The notes under the pieces are model-generated. The model did no database searches. It worked only from the letters and a program-made list of their open reading frames with translations, and was not told the origin of the DNA. A stretch of 64,000 nt of DNA. Origin: a virus (lineage: Duplodnaviria; Heunggongvirae; Uroviricota; Caudoviricetes). Position numbers and translations under genes: made by a program. Of the stretch, positions 51,519 through 60,792 are shown piece after piece (position 1 is the stretch's first letter; every line of letters begins with the position of its first letter). The stretch lies in the IMG/VR virus record IMGVR_UViG_3300013902_000267; one strand, written 5' to 3'.

Positions 51519-52227
51519 AATACTTTCTATACTCTTTGTATAATTTATCTATAATCAATTGGTTATCTAAATTTTCAATATGAATTTCATTTACCATTGC
51601 ACATAATTTCCATAATTCATATTGATTAATACCAGATTTTTCATAATCATGATACCATGTAGTTTCAGGAAACATCCATCCATCATCCTCGCCAATACCA
51701 AATATATGAATATCATTATGTAATTTATCTATAATTAATGATACACCACCATATGATTGACAATGACTATTATATGTAAAATGGTAAAGTCTTATAGAAG
51801 CTTCATCATAAAACCCTTTATCATAACAACCAAATGAATCCATCATATTACCTAAATAACACGGATCATAATCATATTCATATTTAACTTCTGCTAAATC
51901 ATTATACCAACGTGGTTGTCGATTTTTAATAACACCTATTTGAATAAGTTTATCTTCAATATCCTTATTATAAGGCCAATATTGCCATAAACAATTGCAT
52001 CCATAATGAGTTAATTCAGCAAATTTATATATATCATTCTGAATACATTCAAAGAATGGTGCATATTGCGTTTTATCTATATTATTTTCTTCAAAATATT
52101 TAAGATCATAACCACAACAACTACCATCTGCATCGGCAAGTAAATCTTCTTTCTGTTTATCAGATAATTCAGTTTTATTAAATATATATGGTAACCATTC
52201 AGAGCCTTTATTATAATCTAGAATCAT
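51502..52227 (-). CDS. hypothetical protein
   Basis: Track ORF of 241 aa. Confidence 0.5.
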   Translation of the reverse strand: MILDYNKGSEWLPYIFNKTELSDKQKEDLLADADGSCCGYDLKYFEENNIDKTQYAPFFECIQNDIYKFAELTHYGCNCLWQYWPYNKDIEDKLIQIGVIKNRQPRWYNDLAEVKYEYDYDPCYLGNMMDSFGCYDKGFYDEASIRLYHFTYNSHCQSYGGVSLIIDKLHNDIHIFGIGEDDGWMFPETTWYHDYEKSGINQYELWKLCAMVNEIHIENLDNQLIIDKLYKEYRKYYEHNK

Positions 52228-52478
52228 ATGGTACCTCCTTTCTTTATTAATATAGGTTTATAATAATCCTGAAAAAATTCAGGACATGCTAAAGGATTAA
52301 ATTCATTAGCTTTACGTAAATCTATATTTTCCCTTACATTTTTACAAAAAGGTTTAAGTACAGAAATTATATCATCTTCAAATATCTTTTCGCCTGTATT
52401 AATATCAACTAAACCAGTCCATGCAACATCTGATCTTTCAGATACCCATTGATTATTTTTATTTAGCCATGTTCTCAT
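52224..52478 (-). CDS. hypothetical protein
   Basis: Track ORF of 84 aa. Confidence 0.5.
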   Translation of the reverse strand: MRTWLNKNNQWVSERSDVAWTGLVDINTGEKIFEDDIISVLKPFCKNVRENIDLRKANEFNPLACPEFFQDYYKPILIKKGGTI

Positions 52479-52600
52479 TGTATAATTATCTTTTAGTTTT
52501 ACATTTAATTATACAAGATATTGAATAGAACAATAAATATATATATTCTATCCAATATCAGGCAGCCAGTTTCATTTATAGTTTGAAACAAACTTTTTAT

Positions 52601-52738
52601 TTATCGTACATCACCAGTAAAAATTGCCCATATAAACTGAAGTACCATTCCGATAACTCCAAATACTACAGGAATAATTACACATGCAAGTGCAAATACA
52701 GCAATCGCTATGATGATACCAAGTAAAAACATTATCAT
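52601..52738 (-). CDS. small membrane protein (45 aa)
   Basis: MIMFLLGIIIAIAVFALACVIIPVVFGVIGMVLQFIWAIFTGDVR, read by hand. Preceded by a promoter-motif copy. Confidence 0.4.
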   Translation of the reverse strand: MIMFLLGIIIAIAVFALACVIIPVVFGVIGMVLQFIWAIFTGDVR

Positions 52739-52783
52739 AATCTTTATATTTAAATTGTTAATATTTATGTTTATTATTTACAT

Positions 52784-52795
52784 TACAAAGATACA
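52784..52795 (-). promoter_or_regulatory. conserved promoter core (gene-sense TGTATCTTTGTA)
   Basis: Motif copy 46 nt upstream of start codon 52738. Confidence 0.45.
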
Positions 52796-52834
52796 TAATA
52801 TTTTCCTAAATAAAAAATATATTACCTAAAATTA

Positions 52835-53368
52835 TTAAGAATTTAAATAATTATGAAATGAACCATCATCAGAATCTCCAATAAGATTGTTCAATACATG
52901 CCAATACTCAAGATAACGCTTTGCTTTCTCCATATCCTGTGTTTCTTTCTCCTTATGGTCAGATCTCCAAATATACTTAAATGAATTCAACTTACAGAAA
53001 TCCATTGTTGCTTGTTTTCCAAATGTCTGAAGCATAGCTTCTATACATTGTAAGCCATTACCACCAGCGCCATAATGATTTGGATGTTCAACAACATTCA
53101 AATTCTGTGTACTAAAAATAGGATTTAATTTTGTCTTATGTAATTGTAAATGTGCAGGTTCATCCTTAAATACAATCTTCTCATAATTCAACGGTTCTCT
53201 ATTCTATTCAGCTACATTATCACTAATAGGTTCACCACATTTCTCGTCATTATCTGTTGCAACTTCATCGGTTCTATTAGAAACAAATACAATATCTTTA
53301 TCATCCTTTGTACGTGTAGGTTCACCATATACAGGTTCCTATGTACGAGTTTCCTTATTATAACTCAT
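52835..53368 (-). CDS. DUF3310-like phage protein (2 in-frame TAG)
   Basis: HPNHYGAGGNGLQCIEAM...FCKLNSFKYIWRSDHK...MEKAKRYL pattern. ATG 53368 is in frame with track ORF 52835-53191. Confidence 0.6.
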
Positions 53369-53413
53369 ATTATATCAATTAGTTTTCATTTATAATTATA
53401 CAGTAAAAATAAA

Positions 53414-53884
53414 TCATTGTTTAATAGATTTTAACGAAATTAATGTAGTTCCAGATAAATCTATTAAATCTTTTTCTTTTGATGAAAAATCTAATATATG
53501 TTGTGTATGAGTTTCTTTAATTATACCATCGTTTTCCTATATAGGTTCAGGTTCAATTAAATAAGATAACTATTCATTATTATCTTTTTTATGTATCATA
53601 TATAATGTATTCTGTTCTAACGCATCTTCTATTGAAAGTTCTTTAGTTGAACCATCAGCAAAATATGTTACGCTTGGTATTGGTGCATCTAAATCATAAT
53701 ACGTCTAAATAATATCATATTTAGACGTATCTATATCATTTATACTTTTAATATTAGTTAAATCATCTTCATCATTATTTTCATCTACAATATCTGACGT
53801 AATATCATTAACTCCTGTAAATTTTACTAATAGACAAAGAATAACAAAAAAACCTATACTTATTGATATTACTGGATCTATCAT
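53414..53884 (-). CDS. membrane-anchored hypothetical protein (3 in-frame TAG)
   Basis: 471 nt from ATG to TGA when TAG is read through; N-terminal TM helix ISIGFFVILCLLV. Confidence 0.5.
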
Positions 53885-53913
53885 AATCTCTTATTTTATT
53901 AAATTAATAATTA

Positions 53914-54147
53914 TTATTTACTCTCAAAATTAATAGTTGATACATCTTCCACTTTTTCTTTTAAACTATCAACTGTTATTGTATGTGTATTCTGTTGCTC
54001 TTGTAATGAGTCTACAATGAATTCCTGTGTTTGCTTAATATGCTTTAGCTTCTCTTCATAATCAATACGGAGACGATTTGCAATTACAAGCATCATTATA
54101 AATCCTAATACAAATAAAACAATAAATACTGTTACTATTATATTCAT
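53914..54147 (-). CDS. small membrane protein
   Basis: Track ORF of 77 aa with an N-terminal TM helix. Confidence 0.5.
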   Translation of the reverse strand: MNIIVTVFIVLFVLGFIMMLVIANRLRIDYEEKLKHIKQTQEFIVDSLQEQQNTHTITVDSLKEKVEDVSTINFESK

Positions 54148-54264
54148 ATTATTTTCTAATTAAAATTTTACTTTTTATTTATAGTATATTAAATCAATAA
54201 AGTTTATATATTAAAATAAAAAATGGATAGATAGTTAAACGAAAAAACTATCTATCCATCATAA

Positions 54265-55302
54265 TTATGCTTGATACGAATACTTGTCAAACAATGATTC
54301 AATATTAGAGGGATGCACAGCATTTATGCCGATTTCATTGCATTTTTTCAATGTATCATGGAAATCATCTATAAGACATACATCCTTAACATTCCACTTC
54401 ATTTTATGAGCAAACTGCTCAATAAAAACGTGCTTATAATTTTTATTTCCGACAAACATTCGGTTCTCAACAGGAATCTCTGGGAAATATTTATCAAGCC
54501 ATTCATTCTTCTCATTCCACGCTATTGAATTAGCACATGCAGTCACAATATAAACATTCTTCATGTCATAATGTTTCTTAACAAAATCAATGATATGTTT
54601 AACAGGCTTCAAATTTTTAAATAGTTCGCTACTTACAAAATCTGAATTTCCGTTAATATCAAGTTTTGCCTTGCCATAACAAGCTAATGTACCATCCATG
54701 TCAAGAAGTAAATACTTATTGGTAAAATAATCAACGCGAATGAATTCATCTACCAATGGGATGTACTTATTCTTACATGCTTCAATACGTAAATTTTTCT
54801 TATAAATATCTTCAATTGGAACTTTACGAGTTCTTCCTTGAAGTCTATTTATACAAACTTCTACAGGAGTATCAAAGAATATACAAGTAATCTTATCTAC
54901 ATTTTTATTTCTTAAATAATCTATAATACTAAGATTATAATGATTATTAATTCCACCGCCGTCAAGAATAACATTACAATTAATCTTTGAACTATCTGCA
55001 ATAGCAAAAATTATTTTTCGTGTTATTTGAACCGACTCTTCATGAACAACTTCCGGATGTTCATCAGTATAACCTTTTAACAATGGTTTAATTTCATCAG
55101 CAGAAATTACTATTGTTTCATTTATACAAAGATTATCTTCAATTGTCTGAATAATTTTATCTAAATTACATTCATCAAATGGTTTATCTAAAATAGATGT
55201 TAACCATTCAATGAGATGCAAAATATTTGGATAATTCTCTTGAAGATATGTACTTTTACCAGATGCAGGCAAACCGAGGAAGTACGAGAACTTACTGATC
55301 AT
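54265..55302 (-). CDS. polynucleotide 5'-kinase / 3'-phosphatase (T4 Pnk-like)
   Basis: N-terminal P-loop GLPASGKST, GRTRKVPIEDIYKKN (compare T4 KRGTKAVPIDVL), and a C-terminal HAD domain LLLDMDGTLA ... IDDF. Confidence 0.7.
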   Translation of the reverse strand: MISKFSYFLGLPASGKSTYLQENYPNILHLIEWLTSILDKPFDECNLDKIIQTIEDNLCINETIVISADEIKPLLKGYTDEHPEVVHEESVQITRKIIFAIADSSKINCNVILDGGGINNHYNLSIIDYLRNKNVDKITCIFFDTPVEVCINRLQGRTRKVPIEDIYKKNLRIEACKNKYIPLVDEFIRVDYFTNKYLLLDMDGTLACYGKAKLDINGNSDFVSSELFKNLKPVKHIIDFVKKHYDMKNVYIVTACANSIAWNEKNEWLDKYFPEIPVENRMFVGNKNYKHVFIEQFAHKMKWNVKDVCLIDDFHDTLKKCNEIGINAVHPSNIESLFDKYSYQA

Positions 55303-55327
55303 AACTAAAATATAATTTAATTTTTAA

Positions 55328-56911
55328 TTAGTCAACAGTTCCATCAAGAAGTTTATGAACTGCATCTTGACGAGTCTTTCGGATTTCAGCAAGTGTAAAC
55401 TCTCTTACTAACTTACCATCTTCAAAAACAGTCTTCAATTCATTCTTATCTGATGCTTCCTCTTCAGGCGTTACACGATCAACTGGTACATACTTACCAT
55501 TACCATCTTTTACAACCATAAGAAGTCCACGATGTGATTTCTTTGGCATACCGCATACTGTTTTAGGATCCTTATAAATTTCTATAGGTTTGCCATTAAC
55601 TTTACACCATGTAGACTTACAGGCTATGCCTAAAGAATCTCTGGATCGTACATTATAAGTAAAGCTTCCTATACCTTCAATAAGGTTAGTTGCTGCGAAA
55701 CCCTTATCTTCAAGTTGAGAATATGTATCCTTTTGGCGTTTCATATTAATTGAGTCTCCATAAAGAAGTCCAATATGTGGATCAAGAATTTTATATCCTT
55801 TTTCATTAAATGTTCCACCGAACGTATTCCAAAGAAATTCATAAGAACCCATCTTTACAAATGGATCTTCTGCTTCCGGATCACCACAAATAATTTTAAC
55901 AGGATCACCACTATCAGGACGAATTACTACACGCCCATTACGAGACATAATTTGTTCTTTATACTTAGGAACAATCTTTGTCAAGAAATACCAATAATCA
56001 TAACCATCTGCAACAATTGAAATAATACCATCTGGAAATTCATCAAGCATATTCTTAAAATAAACTTCATCATTTGGCTTACCTGTTTCATCTGTTGCAT
56101 TAGAGCACTCAATAGAATGTTCAGTAGCTGGAACAGTTGCAGCTATCAATTCTTTTTTAGGATCTGCATTATAATAATACTCAATCATCTTAATTGCTGG
56201 AACTGTTTCAGAACCACAAAAAGAAGTAAGATGTGCCATACCAGAAACAATAGATGCTTCAAATGAACTCATTCCTCTCATAGAGAAATCATGACATAGA
56301 AATGCAAGATTAGACATATCGTTAGGATTATAAAAACCAGTTTTCATAGCATGTCTAACAAGTTCACGTTTAAATACATCAGCTGTTGTTGCAGAAGTAA
56401 TTGGAAGCCAAAGGACATTTGAAGTCAAAGACTCCAAATAATTTGTGAGCCAAGCAAAATCAGGATGTGTATTTGTGATTGTTAAAATAGGGCATCCGAT
56501 TGGACAATATGAACCTTCAGGAAGTGCCTTAATACGAATAGGAAGATAACCAAGTTTATGCAATGCAATAATATGATCAACCCCTACTTTCTTTGCAACT
56601 GCTTCTCCTAGAAATGTAGTTGTCAAATCTGTATAAGTTTTTCGTACAGTATCTTCATCAAGATTAAAGAAATAATTATTAAATGTATTAATAAGATACT
56701 TCTTAATAAAATACTGAATACCAAACACAACTGCTCCCTCTGTAGCTTCCGGAAAATATTTATTACTACGAGGAGTAAAGTTACTGAAAAGTTGCGTCAT
56801 TCCCTTAGGGTACATACAGTGATGACCAAGCTTGTAGCCATCTGTCATAAGCATTGCATTAAGAAGTATGTCTTCTACCAATACATGCTGTGAATCTTTT
56901 ACGTTTGTCAT
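55328..56911 (-). CDS. nadV: nicotinamide phosphoribosyltransferase (NAMPT/NadV)
   Basis: LMTDGYKLGHHCMYPKG, VIRPDSGDP and LLYGDSIN motifs; 527 aa. Confidence 0.85.
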   Translation of the reverse strand: MTNVKDSQHVLVEDILLNAMLMTDGYKLGHHCMYPKGMTQLFSNFTPRSNKYFPEATEGAVVFGIQYFIKKYLINTFNNYFFNLDEDTVRKTYTDLTTTFLGEAVAKKVGVDHIIALHKLGYLPIRIKALPEGSYCPIGCPILTITNTHPDFAWLTNYLESLTSNVLWLPITSATTADVFKRELVRHAMKTGFYNPNDMSNLAFLCHDFSMRGMSSFEASIVSGMAHLTSFCGSETVPAIKMIEYYYNADPKKELIAATVPATEHSIECSNATDETGKPNDEVYFKNMLDEFPDGIISIVADGYDYWYFLTKIVPKYKEQIMSRNGRVVIRPDSGDPVKIICGDPEAEDPFVKMGSYEFLWNTFGGTFNEKGYKILDPHIGLLYGDSINMKRQKDTYSQLEDKGFAATNLIEGIGSFTYNVRSRDSLGIACKSTWCKVNGKPIEIYKDPKTVCGMPKKSHRGLLMVVKDGNGKYVPVDRVTPEEEASDKNELKTVFEDGKLVREFTLAEIRKTRQDAVHKLLDGTVD

Positions 56912-57106
56912 AAAATAATTTGTTTAAATTTTAATTTGATTACAATAATAATTTGTTTGTTTAATTATCTTGTAATCATTATTTATATATATTATTAATT
57001 AAATTGTTTATAAAATTCATATTAAAAAAATAACATCCTATTTTCACAAACAAGATGTTAATAATTCAAAGACATATTTATTTGAAAATTAAGTTGCGAA
57101 ATTAAT

Positions 57107-57652
57107 TTATGCAGCCTGTCGAACTTCCCAATCAATAATATCAACAACATACTTTTCTTTGTTGATAGAAATTGACTTAATATTTTTAAGTGAAAGTGTT
57201 CTATACTCAATAACAGAAGTACTTGCCTTTTTCTTTGGCATGAATCTCTTCATATACACTTCATCTTCTGCAGAAATCTTCTCACCATTAAGAATAATAT
57301 TATTCTTTGAATAATTATTAGGAATGTAAATCAAACATACATTACCTGTACTAATATATTGCATAACAACATTCTTTACAAGATGACGGCGATTTGTATC
57401 TGTTGCCTTATAATCCTCACCAAGAATCTTACTCATTGTCTTTTCATAATCCTGTCCAAAATGGAAAGTAACTGAGAAATCTGTGCGTGGTTGAAATCCA
57501 TCCTTAATATGTTCCTTAGGAAGACCATCTGTATTAAACTTATTCAACTTAATATCAGACTCACCATATACAGTGACATACTTACCGTTGCACTTTGCGT
57601 TAGACATAAGCTCGATAAACTCATCTACTGTTGTAATAATATTGTTGTTCAT
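57107..57652 (-). CDS. hypothetical protein
   Basis: Track ORF of 181 aa, preceded by the promoter/leader cassette. Confidence 0.5.
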   Translation of the reverse strand: MNNNIITTVDEFIELMSNAKCNGKYVTVYGESDIKLNKFNTDGLPKEHIKDGFQPRTDFSVTFHFGQDYEKTMSKILGEDYKATDTNRRHLVKNVVMQYISTGNVCLIYIPNNYSKNNIILNGEKISAEDEVYMKRFMPKKKASTSVIEYRTLSLKNIKSISINKEKYVVDIIDWEVRQAA

Positions 57653-57697
57653 ATTCTTTATATTTTTAATTGTTCAACTTAATTGTTTTATTAACAA

Positions 57698-57709
57698 TAC
57701 AAAGATACA
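57698..57709 (-). promoter_or_regulatory. conserved promoter core (gene-sense TGTATCTTTGTA) plus conserved leader
   Basis: TTATTAACAATACAAAGATACA is identical at 59021-59042 and 61889-61910; 46 nt to the start codon. Confidence 0.5.
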
Positions 57710-57746
57710 TGTTTTATTTCAAATAAAAAAATATTAGAAGAAAAAA

Positions 57747-57887
57747 TTAAATATTTTCTCTTAAAAATTTATCGATAAGTTTTTTAACACTATTACATTT
57801 ATATTGTGTTTCTACATAACTACCTGTCCAATCAGTATGAACATGAAAATTCTCAAGAAACCAGTTTGCAATCTTTTCTTTATCCAT
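57747..57887 (-). CDS. small hypothetical protein (46 aa)
   Basis: MDKEKIANWFLENFHVHTDWTG... read by hand; its start overlaps the stop of the upstream gene. Confidence 0.3.
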   Translation of the reverse strand: MDKEKIANWFLENFHVHTDWTGSYVETQYKCNSVKKLIDKFLRENI

Positions 57888-57888
57888 A

Positions 57889-58188
57889 TCAATAATCTTC
57901 TGCATCTCGTGAAACTCTCATATTCTTTAAATCATTAATGAGTTTTTCACACTCTTTTAACAATACATATATAGTAGAAATAATTATCACTATAATAAAT
58001 AATAATATTCCTAATGCTATATAAAACCCTGAATCTTCATAATTAGAAATAAACTTAAAACATGTAATTATATATGTAAAAGTAAATGGTATTACTAAAC
58101 ATAAAATCCAATTTATTATATGTCTCCATACATGTTTCTCTATATATTCGTTTCTCTCTTTATGTGATTTAAACCATTTATTTTCCAT
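57889..58188 (-). CDS. membrane protein
   Basis: Track ORF of 99 aa with two hydrophobic helices. Confidence 0.5.
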   Translation of the reverse strand: MENKWFKSHKERNEYIEKHVWRHIINWILCLVIPFTFTYIITCFKFISNYEDSGFYIALGILLFIIVIIISTIYVLLKECEKLINDLKNMRVSRDAEDY

Positions 58189-58229
58189 ATTTCCTATTTC
58201 TTTTTTACATCATCAATAGTTAGAATACG

Positions 58230-58415
58230 TCACTTTTTAATATAAAATTTCTTTATAGATGGAGATTCCTGTATTTCTTCAAATAATGAACATGGACTAA
58301 ACCAATTATGTACAGTCTTAGCATATTCCATTGCTGTCTCTTCTGAATCGCAAACTGCAGATAATTCACGATTATATTCGTCACATGTACGATAAACTTC
58401 TACAACTTCTTTCAT
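58230..58415 (-). CDS. hypothetical protein
   Basis: Track ORF of 61 aa. Confidence 0.45.
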   Translation of the reverse strand: MKEVVEVYRTCDEYNRELSAVCDSEETAMEYAKTVHNWFSPCSLFEEIQESPSIKKFYIKK

Positions 58416-58434
58416 AATTATATGTAATTTAAAA

Positions 58435-58623
58435 TTAATTATTCAAATGTATATCATTAATACATAAAGGGATAAAAATATAAAATATATTTTCTATATA
58501 TAATGATAAAATCAAATTCCATAAATTATCTATAGTTAACATATTATAATACCAAAATCCCAATATAGTTAGTACGCTACCTATGATAGAACATAAAATA
58601 GTAAATTTATATATTTGTTTCAT
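58435..58623 (-). CDS. small membrane protein
   Basis: Track ORF of 62 aa, hydrophobic. Confidence 0.45.
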   Translation of the reverse strand: MKQIYKFTILCSIIGSVLTILGFWYYNMLTIDNLWNLILSLYIENIFYIFIPLCINDIHLNN

Positions 58624-59009
58624 TCTTTAATTTTTCTACCTAAAATATTTTTTAACATCCATACCAACATATTAAATGCAACCAATAATTTATTTTCTGT
58701 ATCATCAGTCTCTTCTGAATGAACTATATTATCACCTTTCATATTTTCAAGTTTCACCGAATAACTATCAATAACCATATAATATTCTGTACTCATAGTC
58801 AAATCTTCAATACGACGGTATAAATCTTGAAGAGTATATGTATAATAACCTAATTTATACTTAACTAATTGTTCACAATAATCTTTGTGCATATTTACAT
58901 TATATTGATTTTTACCAATATAAATTAATGAAGCATCTGAAATATCAAGTCCAAGCTTCACCAATATATCCATATTATCTTTTGATAATGTAATTGTATT
59001 CTCTTTCAT
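58620..59009 (-). CDS. hypothetical protein
   Basis: Track ORF 58620-59030 trimmed to MKENTITL, because the promoter motif occupies 59031-59042. Confidence 0.5.
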   Translation of the reverse strand: MKENTITLSKDNMDILVKLGLDISDASLIYIGKNQYNVNMHKDYCEQLVKYKLGYYTYTLQDLYRRIEDLTMSTEYYMVIDSYSVKLENMKGDNIVHSEETDDTENKLLVAFNMLVWMLKNILGRKIKE

Positions 59010-59030
59010 ATATATAATTTTTATTAACAA

Positions 59031-59042
59031 TACAAAGATACA
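59031..59042 (-). promoter_or_regulatory. conserved promoter core (gene-sense TGTATCTTTGTA)
   Basis: Motif copy 22 nt upstream of ATG 59009. Confidence 0.5.
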
Positions 59043-59147
59043 TATTTTATTTTAAATAAAAAAGAGATATAACAAAATAATCTGTTATACCTCTTATAAA
59101 ATATATCTTAAAATAATAAAAAATTACATAATATATTGTAAAAGCAT

Positions 59148-60137
59148 CTATGTTTCCTCATCAGCTTTTAATTTTGGATATGCAGCTCTAAGTATCTGTA
59201 ATACACGTGTTTCTGTCATTCCATGTTCTTCTGCAACTTGCCATGTATTCTTTTCACCACGTCCATTAATACCATAGCAATCACATACAATTTCACCATC
59301 TCTTTCACCAAGAACTCTCTTTACATTATCTTCAAGTTCTCTTTCAAGATCAGCGTTATTAAGATTACTATCAGGGTCTTTAAATGTCCTATTAGCTGTT
59401 ACATCACCTAATGTTGTTTTAGAATCATCATCATCCCCGTATGATTTATCCAAACTATTTGCACGTGTATTTGCTTCCATTGTTTGTGCAAATGTTTCAT
59501 ATTTCAAATCTGGATGTTTCTTTACGAGAACATTATAAATATCATCAATATCAGGTTCATAACCATTCTTATTATATAATTGATCCTTGATACGAGCGGC
59601 TTCACGAGCAATACTACCCATATTACGGGGAACTGCCATATGTCCACCTACCTCATCAACAGCAGTCATAATTTCTCTACGAATATACCAAATAGCATAA
59701 GAAACAAAACGTACATCTTTACCTGGCAAACTTGGATCATATGTATCTGCTGCTTGCATAAGTCCTATATTTCCATATTGAATCATATCTTCCTTTGGTA
59801 TATTAATATTTTTATACTTATTGACAACAGAAATAACAAATGGAAGATTTGCGGACACCAACTTATTCTTTGCCTTTTCAATTTCTCTCTTATTATCAGA
59901 ATGTTGAATAATATCAGCAAGTTTCACTTCATCTGCATGTGATAATTGTTTTTTCTTATTAATAGCATGTAAATATGCAATAGTAGACTTTGCTGTATTT
60001 TCATCCTGTGTAATAGCAAAATCATCATGCAAATCCATATGCATTCCATTATTAGCTTCATTGAGTTTCTTTCTAATAGTCTTAGAAACATTTCTCATGA
60101 TACTTTCATACAATGTCTTCTTTTCATTTAACTTCAT
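59148..60137 (-). CDS. sigma-70 family RNA polymerase sigma factor
   Basis: Region 2 LPFVISVVNKYKN...YGNIGLMQAADTYDP...FVSYAIWYIRREI and region 4 WQVAEEHGMTETRVLQILRAAYPKL. The N-terminus carries the shared leader motif. Confidence 0.8.
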   Translation of the reverse strand: MKLNEKKTLYESIMRNVSKTIRKKLNEANNGMHMDLHDDFAITQDENTAKSTIAYLHAINKKKQLSHADEVKLADIIQHSDNKREIEKAKNKLVSANLPFVISVVNKYKNINIPKEDMIQYGNIGLMQAADTYDPSLPGKDVRFVSYAIWYIRREIMTAVDEVGGHMAVPRNMGSIAREAARIKDQLYNKNGYEPDIDDIYNVLVKKHPDLKYETFAQTMEANTRANSLDKSYGDDDDSKTTLGDVTANRTFKDPDSNLNNADLERELEDNVKRVLGERDGEIVCDCYGINGRGEKNTWQVAEEHGMTETRVLQILRAAYPKLKADEET

Positions 60138-60189
60138 ATCTTGATAAAAATTATTTCAATATTTTAAATATTTATCTTAAAATAAAAAT

Positions 60190-60216
60190 AGAGAATAGTT
60201 ATCGCAACTACTCTCT
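60190..60216 (-). terminator. rho-independent terminator
   Basis: AGAGAATAGTT / AACTACTCTCT hairpin (one mismatch), followed by a T run on the minus strand. Confidence 0.5.
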
Positions 60217-60231
60217 ATTTATAATTATCTA

Positions 60232-60789
60232 TTATTCTATATTTAATATTTGTTTAATCTTTACTATGTCATCCTGTGTTATACCTGAATAACTATCTAT
60301 TTTTATAAAGTTATCCTGTTGATATGTCATCATATCATCATCGTCATCTACTATACAATAATCTATTCTTAATTCATCATCTTTAAATTTAAAATAATCT
60401 TCATCATAAAATTGTTTATAGTTTCGCACATTTGTATTTCCGCTATACATAAGGAAATAATGAATTTCATTTCCTCTTATTGAGTGTTCATCATGATATT
60501 TTGGTGTTATACCTACTATATATTTAATTAAACATTTCAAATCTTTATACTTATCAAACGCATATTTTGTTGCTTCTAATGAAATCTCTCTCCATGACGA
60601 TGATATAACTAATCTTACATTATAATTCTCACATAATTGTTCTATAAGTTTTACTGCATTTTTGTCTACAAAATGATCACCATTTTCTTCATTTATATAT
60701 TTCTTTCCTTCCTTTGTAAAACACCAATTCGCATATTGTTCAGAATTCAAAACACCGTCTATGTCTAAAAATAATATTTTTATATTCAT
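60232..60789 (-). CDS. HAD-superfamily phosphatase
   Basis: ILFLDIDGVLN motif I, SSSWR, and a late VDDDDD acidic motif. Confidence 0.6.
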   Translation of the reverse strand: MNIKILFLDIDGVLNSEQYANWCFTKEGKKYINEENGDHFVDKNAVKLIEQLCENYNVRLVISSSWREISLEATKYAFDKYKDLKCLIKYIVGITPKYHDEHSIRGNEIHYFLMYSGNTNVRNYKQFYDEDYFKFKDDELRIDYCIVDDDDDMMTYQQDNFIKIDSYSGITQDDIVKIKQILNIE

Positions 60790-60792
60790 TTA

